Positions 58,647 to 64,000 of a stretch of DNA of 64,000 bases are shown piece after piece; within the stretch, counting starts at the first letter, position 1, and each line of letters opens with the position of its first letter. The position numbers were made by a program, and so were the translations under genes. Location: the IMG/VR virus record IMGVR_UViG_3300045988_160259, positions 64,001-128,000 of that record, one strand, 5' to 3'. The notes beneath the pieces are model-generated. The model saw nothing but the letters and a program-made list of their open reading frames with translations. It made no database searches and was not told where the DNA came from. This stretch comes from a virus.

Positions 58647-58844
58647 ATATTTTTAGAACGAAAGCTCAATAATTATATCTACAATCATGTAGAATATGAT
58701 GATGCTACGATTTCAGAAATGCGTGAGTACGCAGAAAAGAAAAATACAAGATTAAAAGAAAAATATGAGGATGACGTATCTAAGGGTTATCATCCTGAAG
58801 AACCGGTATATATCGATATGACTGTGTTCGGAGCAGTCGGATGA
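58647..58844 (+). CDS. hypothetical protein with no canonical start codon (frame open 58626-58844)
   Basis: SD AGGAGAG 58637-58643, but no in-frame ATG/GTG/TTG follows until 58734. Translation ...LERKLNNYIYNHVEYDDATISEMREYAEKKNTRLKEKYEDDVSKGYHPEEPVYIDMTVFGAVG is protein-like. Confidence 0.35.
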   Translation: MFLERKLNNYIYNHVEYDDATISEMREYAEKKNTRLKEKYEDDVSKGYHPEEPVYIDMTVFGAVG

Positions 58845-58860
58845 AGAGGAGGAAATGATT

Positions 58861-59460
58861 ATGCCTATAGTAGGAGAAGGAAAAGATGTTCATGTAGAAT
58901 ATTACATGCCAGAAAACATTAAGAAGCTTGTCACAGATGAATTTTTAAAAGAATTCCGTAATCAGCTCTTTAGAATTCATGAATACTATAAACTTGATAC
59001 ATTTGCAGACTATAGTGTTCCAATGAATACAGGAACATGTGGTTATTCAGCAGCATTCTTTAAGGCTTGTATGCTAACAGGATCTGAGGAACTTTATAAT
59101 TATAGGAGAACATTACCATGGTATGATGTAGATTTATTTGACGGTGAAATCACAGATATGCTTATTGAAAAGCATTTTATTTTAGGGTATTTTGCTGACA
59201 TCATCGAACAACAACTTGGTATTAAGTATGAAGATATTGTTACGTGCTGTGATTGCAATAGATTATGCACAAAAGATATGGTAGTAGAGTTGTATGATGC
59301 AGGAGATCTTGAAGAACATGAACGTTACAGATGTTTGTATTGTAATGATTTGAAAAACAGTAAAGATCAAAGTTTAAAATCGACGGATTACTATAGAGAA
59401 TGTTTAAAGAAGCAGGATGAATATAATAAGGCGCATCTTGTTGTTACAAACATAGAATAA
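58861..59460 (+). CDS. hypothetical protein (199 aa)
   Basis: ORF 58855-59460; second ATG has better spacing to SD gaggagg. Confidence 0.7.
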   Translation: MPIVGEGKDVHVEYYMPENIKKLVTDEFLKEFRNQLFRIHEYYKLDTFADYSVPMNTGTCGYSAAFFKACMLTGSEELYNYRRTLPWYDVDLFDGEITDMLIEKHFILGYFADIIEQQLGIKYEDIVTCCDCNRLCTKDMVVELYDAGDLEEHERYRCLYCNDLKNSKDQSLKSTDYYRECLKKQDEYNKAHLVVTNIE

Positions 59461-59489
59461 AATGCGTCTTTCATGATGGAGGTAATCTA

Positions 59490-59768
59490 ATGACAGAAAC
59501 AATAAATTATAAAGACTCGTTTGTTAATGTGTATCATTTTAAAAAGTTACCAATGTATTTAAATTCACGAAAATGCTATTGTTGTAATAAAAATATAGGA
59601 TTTGACGAAAAAGTTATTTTGATGATTAATAATCATAAATATATTCCAAAGATGCTTCTACATGAGGCCTGTTATAAGTCATTTAATAACAAAGAAAACT
59701 TTATAGGAAATATTGAAAAAGACTATAGAGAATATAAAGATAAGAATGAAATTTTTGGAAACATCTAA
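59490..59768 (+). CDS. hypothetical protein (92 aa)
   Basis: ORF; SD tggaggt upstream. Confidence 0.65.
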   Translation: MTETINYKDSFVNVYHFKKLPMYLNSRKCYCCNKNIGFDEKVILMINNHKYIPKMLLHEACYKSFNNKENFIGNIEKDYREYKDKNEIFGNI

Positions 59769-59785
59769 GATGAGGAGGTCGTAAT

Positions 59786-59965
59786 TTGAATCCAATTTTG
59801 ATTTTTGGAGCAGTATTAGTTACAGTAATTTTATGGTTTCTGTTGACTTTTCTGTTCCAGCCATTAGGAAAATTCCTACTTCGTATCATAGACGATACGA
59901 TAGAAGCAATGGAAGACGATGAAAAACATAAAGAAAAGGAGAAGAAGAAAAATGAAAAACGGTAA
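59786..59965 (+). CDS. small membrane protein (59 aa), possible partner of the SPFH protein
   Basis: TTG start 7 nt after strong SD gaggagg; LNPILIFGAVLVTVILWFLLTFLFQPLGKFLL... hydrophobic N-terminus and charged tail; overlaps the SPFH start. Confidence 0.45.
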   Translation: MNPILIFGAVLVTVILWFLLTFLFQPLGKFLLRIIDDTIEAMEDDEKHKEKEKKKNEKR

Positions 59966-60878
59966 ATTAGGCGGAATGGTTTTAGGAGTAGTATTGGCTG
60001 CAGGACTAATCGTAGGCATCAAATGTATGGAGAGAGTGCCAGCAGGATACGTAGGAGTTGTGTATAATTTCTCTAATGGTATTTCTGATCAGGTTCTGAC
60101 ACAGGGATGGCATTTTGTATCTCCTACGAAAAAAGTAACTACATATTCTATTGGAATTGAGCAGTCTTATCTTACTTCTGAAGATAAGGGTGATTCTCCA
60201 AAAGATGAGAGCTTTTCTACACCAACATCTGATGGTAAATCTCTTACTGTAAATTTGGAATTTTCTTACAAATTCGATCCAGACAGAATCACAAAGACAT
60301 TCACAATGTTTAAAGGCCAGTCTGGTGAGACAGTAAAGAATACATTTATCAAACCCAAAATGAGAGCCTGGACGCAGGAAGTTACAGCTAAATTCCCTGT
60401 AACAGATGTATTTGGCGATAAACGTCAGGAACTCAATGAAGCACTTGATATTTATTTAAAAGAAAAATTTGAGCCATACGGTATCATTATTGACACAGCA
60501 AATTTTACCAATATTGTAACCGATTCTGAAACATCAGCAGCGATTCAGAGAAAAGTAACTGCACAGCAGGAACTTGAACTTGCTAACATTGAAGCGAAGA
60601 CTGCAAAAGTACAGGCTGATAAGGATAAGGAAGTAGCGCTTATTGCAGCAGAACAGGAAAAAGAAAAAGCCACAATTGAAGCCGAACAGAAGAAGATCCA
60701 GGCTGAAGGTGAAGCAGAAGCAACAAGGATTAAAGCAGAGGCGGAAGCCGAAGCGAATAAAAAGATTGCAGAGTCTCTTACACCAGAGCTTATCGAAAAG
60801 CAGAAGATTGAAAAGTGGAGCGGCGAGGTTCCGCAGGTACAGGGAAGTAATACTCCTATCGTAAGTATTGGAGAATAA
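59952..60878 (+). CDS. SPFH/Band-7 (prohibitin/HflK-C-like) domain membrane protein
   Basis: N-terminal TM (GGMVLGVVLAAGLIVGI), GYVGVVYNFSNGISDQVLTQGWHFVSP SPFH core, C-terminal Ala/Glu/Lys coiled coil. Start moved to ATG 59952. Confidence 0.75.
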   Translation: MKNGKLGGMVLGVVLAAGLIVGIKCMERVPAGYVGVVYNFSNGISDQVLTQGWHFVSPTKKVTTYSIGIEQSYLTSEDKGDSPKDESFSTPTSDGKSLTVNLEFSYKFDPDRITKTFTMFKGQSGETVKNTFIKPKMRAWTQEVTAKFPVTDVFGDKRQELNEALDIYLKEKFEPYGIIIDTANFTNIVTDSETSAAIQRKVTAQQELELANIEAKTAKVQADKDKEVALIAAEQEKEKATIEAEQKKIQAEGEAEATRIKAEAEAEANKKIAESLTPELIEKQKIEKWSGEVPQVQGSNTPIVSIGE

Positions 60879-60944
60879 TATTTTGTTATCCGTGGTGTCA
60901 TAGCTACGGATGACATTTATAAAAATATAAAGGAGAAAATACAT

Positions 60945-61277
60945 ATGAAGAAAAAATTAGTGGCAGGAATTCTAATGGCGGCACTTGCGGTATCATGTCT
61001 TACTGGATGTGAAGGGTTGAATAGCGAAGTAAACGATCTAAATGGGTCTATTACGGGTAATACATATAATGCTTCATTTTATACGAATGAGGGTGAAAAA
61101 TTTATGGATATGAGTGGGCAGAAAATTGACTTGGACTCAAATATCGTAGAAGAAGAAACGTATTCGGACGGTAACTGGGGTTATACGAAAAAATTATCCA
61201 GCGTAGTTACGGTCACAATTGATGGCAAGGAAGTGGAGAACTGCGGTACTACAATGATCTTTGCGGAAAAGGACTAA
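60945..61277 (+). CDS. lipoprotein (110 aa)
   Basis: Signal peptide MKKKLVAGILMAALAVSCLTGC with lipobox L-T-G-C; SD aaaggaga upstream. Confidence 0.7.
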   Translation: MKKKLVAGILMAALAVSCLTGCEGLNSEVNDLNGSITGNTYNASFYTNEGEKFMDMSGQKIDLDSNIVEEETYSDGNWGYTKKLSSVVTVTIDGKEVENCGTTMIFAEKD

Positions 61278-61285
61278 ATCCGGAT

Positions 61286-61573
61286 GTGGATTTTCAAAGT
61301 CTAGAAGTAATTAATAGTAAAACTGATGGTAGTCTTGGAGAGAATGTTATTATTGCAAGCGTTGTCAATAGATTTAGGAATTATTTTGGAAAGGCTCGTG
61401 TAGTCGTCATCCAATCTCAGCTTGGTGATCCGATTTGTGCTTATTCTGGCGATAGCGTGTATTATGAGGTATGTGAAGATCTGCCGAAAACGACAAAATT
61501 AATGGTCGACGGAAAAGCATTATATATTCACAGAGCTAATTTCCAGATTATTGACAAAGAATTATTGAATTGA
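61286..61573 (+). CDS. hypothetical protein (95 aa), possibly the displaced C-terminal part of the lipoprotein gene
   Basis: GTG start, weak SD. The frame is open back to 61223 and would fuse to the lipoprotein ORF if the A4 run 61267-61270 were A5. Confidence 0.5.
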   Translation: MDFQSLEVINSKTDGSLGENVIIASVVNRFRNYFGKARVVVIQSQLGDPICAYSGDSVYYEVCEDLPKTTKLMVDGKALYIHRANFQIIDKELLN

Positions 61574-61586
61574 GGGAGAACATAAT

Positions 61587-61886
61587 ATGGATAAATCAGT
61601 ATTAGTCATGGATACACCTAAAACATGTTTAGACTGTATGTTTTGTTTCGAATTCGAATTAGATGAAGGAATTGAAGCTTTCTGTTCTGTGACAGCAGAC
61701 GAGGAAGATAAAAGTTTATGTAAAGACATTATCTGTGAAAATGGTTATTGTAACAATAAACCAGATTGGTGTCCATTAAAGGAGCTACCAAAAGAAGAAA
61801 ACGGAGATGAAGATCTATGTAGTTTCGATCGTGGTTGGACAGCAGGTTTTAATACATGTTTGCAAAGAATTAATGGAGAACAGTAA
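61587..61886 (+). CDS. hypothetical Cys-rich protein (99 aa)
   Basis: ORF; SD gagggaga upstream. Confidence 0.65.
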   Translation: MDKSVLVMDTPKTCLDCMFCFEFELDEGIEAFCSVTADEEDKSLCKDIICENGYCNNKPDWCPLKELPKEENGDEDLCSFDRGWTAGFNTCLQRINGEQ

Positions 61887-61888
61887 AC

Positions 61889-62315
61889 ATGATCAGTGCA
61901 AAGAAAATGAAGAAATATTTTGACGAAAATACTGCAAAAATGATTATTGGCAAAATGAAAGATCATATTAAATATGGAGGCATCGATCCATCGTTCGTAG
62001 GAAGGGTGGTACAAGGGACTTTCTGATGGAACGATTAAAATTATTATGAATAAAGGATATGTAATAAGAAAAAGTGCGGAACATTGTGACGAAGTAGCTG
62101 TTCTTTTTCAAGATACGAATGTTGGATTACCATATGAAAGCGATATTTCAATGGAAGAATAACAATGGTATGGAAGAATTGTTCCGCTGGATGGAGATAG
62201 CTATAGTCTCGAAGAAGAGGTTATAGAATCTTATGAGTGGAATGATCCAGAACAAGAAATTGAAAATGGATTTCTGGTAGTAGTTAGTGTAGACGTGATA
62301 GAGGATGAAGTATAA
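61889..62315 (+). pseudogene. disrupted gene (frameshift near 62000 and in-frame TAA at 62160-62162)
   Basis: 45-aa ORF 61889-62026; +1 frame open from 62001 reads EGWYKGLSDGTIKIIMNKGYVIRKSAEHCDEVAVLFQDTNVGLPYESDISMEE-TAA-QWYGRIVPLDGDSYSLEEEVIESYEWNDPEQEIENGFLVVVSVDVIEDEV-stop (62313-62315). Confidence 0.4.
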
Positions 62316-62327
62316 GAGGTGAAGAAA

Positions 62328-62744
62328 ATGCTAAATAAAGAAAAATATAAAGATAAGATTTTTGAGATCGCTGTTAATCATGATACATGTGGAGTCAAAA
62401 ATGGAGAAGTGCGTTCATGTGGAGAATTAAATTGTTATGAATGTGATTTTTATAGTTCAGATCATTGCGATATGGATTTTCAAAAATGGGCAAATTCTGG
62501 ATATAAGGAACCAGAAATTGACTGGAGCATGGTACCTGTAGATACGCCCGTGTTGGTAAGAAATGACAAAAATGATCTATGGATTCGAAGATATTTTTGT
62601 AAATATTGTAATTTAGCTAATGATTATAAATTCGAAGTTTTTTCTGAAGGTAGAACATCTTGGTCTTCTAAAGGAGACAGTTATTGTTATTCATATTGTA
62701 AATTTGCGAGAGAAGAAGACATTGAAAAATACAGAAAGGTATAA
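62328..62744 (+). CDS. hypothetical Cys-rich protein (138 aa)
   Basis: ORF 62319-62744 trimmed to ATG after SD aagaggtg. Confidence 0.65.
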   Translation: MLNKEKYKDKIFEIAVNHDTCGVKNGEVRSCGELNCYECDFYSSDHCDMDFQKWANSGYKEPEIDWSMVPVDTPVLVRNDKNDLWIRRYFCKYCNLANDYKFEVFSEGRTSWSSKGDSYCYSYCKFAREEDIEKYRKV

Positions 62745-62804
62745 ATATGAATCAAAAAAATATGAATACGTTATAGTGTTTAATAATTGATAGGAGTGAT
62801 AAAC

Positions 62805-63026
62805 ATGATTAATATCAAAGAAAAAGAATTAAAACCATGCCCGTTCTGCGGGTGGACTAAATTAAGAATTGGTCAAAAGACAAGATCTTCGAAAGTTGCA
62901 TATTTTGTGATTTGCAATAAGTGTCATGCTAGAGGCGGAACGTGTAGTGTAGATACTTATAGAAAAGAAGAGGAACACGATAAAACAAAATGCGAAGCAA
63001 TTCGAAAATGGAATGGGAGAATATAA
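62805..63026 (+). CDS. lar: Lar-family restriction alleviation protein
   Basis: LKPCPFCGWTKLRI......YFVICNKCHARGG.......EAIRKWNGR matches the Lar pattern (LKPCPFCG...C..C.a.g....eAi.aWN.R). Start moved to ATG after SD taggag. Confidence 0.7.
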   Translation: MINIKEKELKPCPFCGWTKLRIGQKTRSSKVAYFVICNKCHARGGTCSVDTYRKEEEHDKTKCEAIRKWNGRI

Positions 63027-63028
63027 TT

Positions 63029-63472
63029 ATGAATCAATTGGAAGAGGCATTGAGAGAGCAAATTGATTATTGTGTAAAGATGGAACATTTCCATAGTGCA
63101 GTTTTCTGTTCTACACGGGAGAAAAAAATAATTGTAGAAAAATTATTAGATAAGATTTTAGAAAACATTCCAAAAGAATCACATTTACTTCTTTCTCGGC
63201 GTGATAACACATCTGTTTTATTCTTTTCAAATTCAAATGTCTTGAGAGTTTTCAATTTGTCGGATTTAAAAACTAATCGAGGTTATAAGTGCAATGGATG
63301 CATCATCGATAAAGAAATGCCACAGGAATTAAAAGAAGTTTTGGTGTATGCTAAAATAATTCCTAGGACATTTACTATGAACGGAGAATATGACTACGAG
63401 ACATGGGACGCTGTTAAAGAGAGGGTTGAAGAAGTATGGTGGCCAGATACGATAGATGAATTAAGTTGTTAG
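63029..63472 (+). CDS. hypothetical protein (147 aa)
   Basis: ORF 62990-63472 trimmed to the first ATG after the Lar stop. Confidence 0.6.
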   Translation: MNQLEEALREQIDYCVKMEHFHSAVFCSTREKKIIVEKLLDKILENIPKESHLLLSRRDNTSVLFFSNSNVLRVFNLSDLKTNRGYKCNGCIIDKEMPQELKEVLVYAKIIPRTFTMNGEYDYETWDAVKERVEEVWWPDTIDELSC

Positions 63473-63882
63473 AAGAAAACGGATATGTTATTTTGTCGTA
63501 TATCCAAATAAATGGTGTAGATATGGAATTTGAAAGACATTATCATAAGAGTGAGAAATTTTATATTGAATATTTAAATGTATATGGAACCGTGCATTTT
63601 GATTGTAATGAGTGTTTCTGTGGTAGACCATGGGTTCTTCTGACGGCAAGTAAAGGCGATGATTGGCATAAGCCATATACCATTGCTGTGACTATTTGTG
63701 ATCAGGATGACTATGATATTGGACAAATTTATTATTGTAGTGAAGAAAATTTTATACAGGTTCTAAGGAAATTGATCAACTGGATGAATGATTTGGAACA
63801 CGGAATGTGTTTTTACGATGAATTAATTGTAGATGTAGAAAACTTCTTTCCAGATTGTGGTTGTAGAAAAGAGTGGAGGTAA
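63466..63882 (+). CDS. hypothetical protein (138 aa; TTG start, alternative ATG 63523)
   Basis: ORF track; no clear SD. Confidence 0.5.
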   Translation: MLEENGYVILSYIQINGVDMEFERHYHKSEKFYIEYLNVYGTVHFDCNECFCGRPWVLLTASKGDDWHKPYTIAVTICDQDDYDIGQIYYCSEENFIQVLRKLINWMNDLEHGMCFYDELIVDVENFFPDCGCRKEWR

Positions 63883-63884
63883 TT

Positions 63885-64000
63885 ATGGAACATATAGTTC
63901 AGTTTGGGATCAGTATTGATGATGATCAAATTAAGAAAACGATAGAGAACAATGTTAGATCTCAAGTTGTAGCGGAAATTAAAAAAGATTGTATGGAACA
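63885..64000 (+). CDS. hypothetical protein, 5' fragment running off the window
   Basis: ATG 63885 after SD gtggaggt; open to the end of the window. Confidence 0.5.
   Translation, partial: MEHIVQFGISIDDDQIKKTIENNVRSQVVAEIKKDCME

Noticed and set aside
62160-62162. Stop-codon reassignment (alternative genetic code) suggested by an in-frame TAA
   Set aside because: TAA, TAG and TGA each terminate many well-supported genes in this window, followed immediately by the SD and start of the next gene. A single in-frame TAA is better explained by a nonsense mutation.
1-64000. tRNA, rRNA or tmRNA genes in the intergenic gaps
   Set aside because: I scanned gaps longer than 70 nt (8171-8261, 10323-10416, 11216-11306, 11400-11477, 36551-37028, 40645-41201, 42926-43127, 51502-51666). 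None showed a cloverleaf with a GTTCRANYC T-loop or conserved D-loop. The 42939-43059 element has three inner hairpins, but its 12-bp closing stem and length do not fit a tRNA. A tRNAscan/Infernal run would be decisive.

Overview
AT-rich 64-kb segment with the architecture of a large tailless-region (early/accessory) block of a dsDNA phage or prophage of a low-GC host. About 150 short genes are packed almost entirely on the + strand, usually with an AGGAG-type Shine-Dalgarno (SD) sequence and often with overlapping stop and start codons. Most products have no recognisable family. No structural or packaging genes, rRNA or tRNA were recognised. The recognisable genes are:
- a DnaN-like sliding clamp (6154-7332)
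- a truncated large-serine-recombinase-like gene (12292-13149)
- a mazEF pair with an operator-bearing promoter (20322-21018)
- a LexA-wHTH / RadC / tyrosine integrase / Dcm methyltransferase block (24017-27870)
- Tpt1/KptA (34321-34863)
- a second, MazE-less MazF with a divergent XRE regulator (35345-36550)
- a sigma-70-like factor, a DUF262 protein and a ParB-like protein (37723-40436)
- a five-gene NAD+ salvage island (47420-51501)
- a radical-SAM enzyme, a vWA protein, a PurA/PurZ-like enzyme and a DUF1273/SLOG protein (53354-57642)
- an SPFH/lipoprotein membrane module (59786-61573)
- a Lar-type anti-restriction protein (62805-63026)

The main finding is at 40791-42749. A type-II-like mini CRISPR array (three 36-nt GTTTTAGAG...CAAAAC repeats, two 30-nt spacers) is followed on the same strand by a 16-nt anti-repeat inside a 243-nt structured spacer. 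Next comes a 515-aa IscB-architecture RuvC/HNH nuclease with a PLMP-type N-terminus and no REC lobe. No cas1 or cas2 is present in the window.

Secondary signals:
- a TGAAA-N6-TTTCA hairpin/palindrome recurring at gene junctions, often containing the TGA stop
- an orphan AACGGAGAATAAT motif in the longer intergenic gaps
- a family of AAGGCAG...CTGCCTT hairpins
- two structured non-coding regions (36551-37028 and 42939-43059)
- several genes broken by single-nucleotide frameshifts or an in-frame stop

All calls come from reading the sequence and the ORF track. No database search was run.
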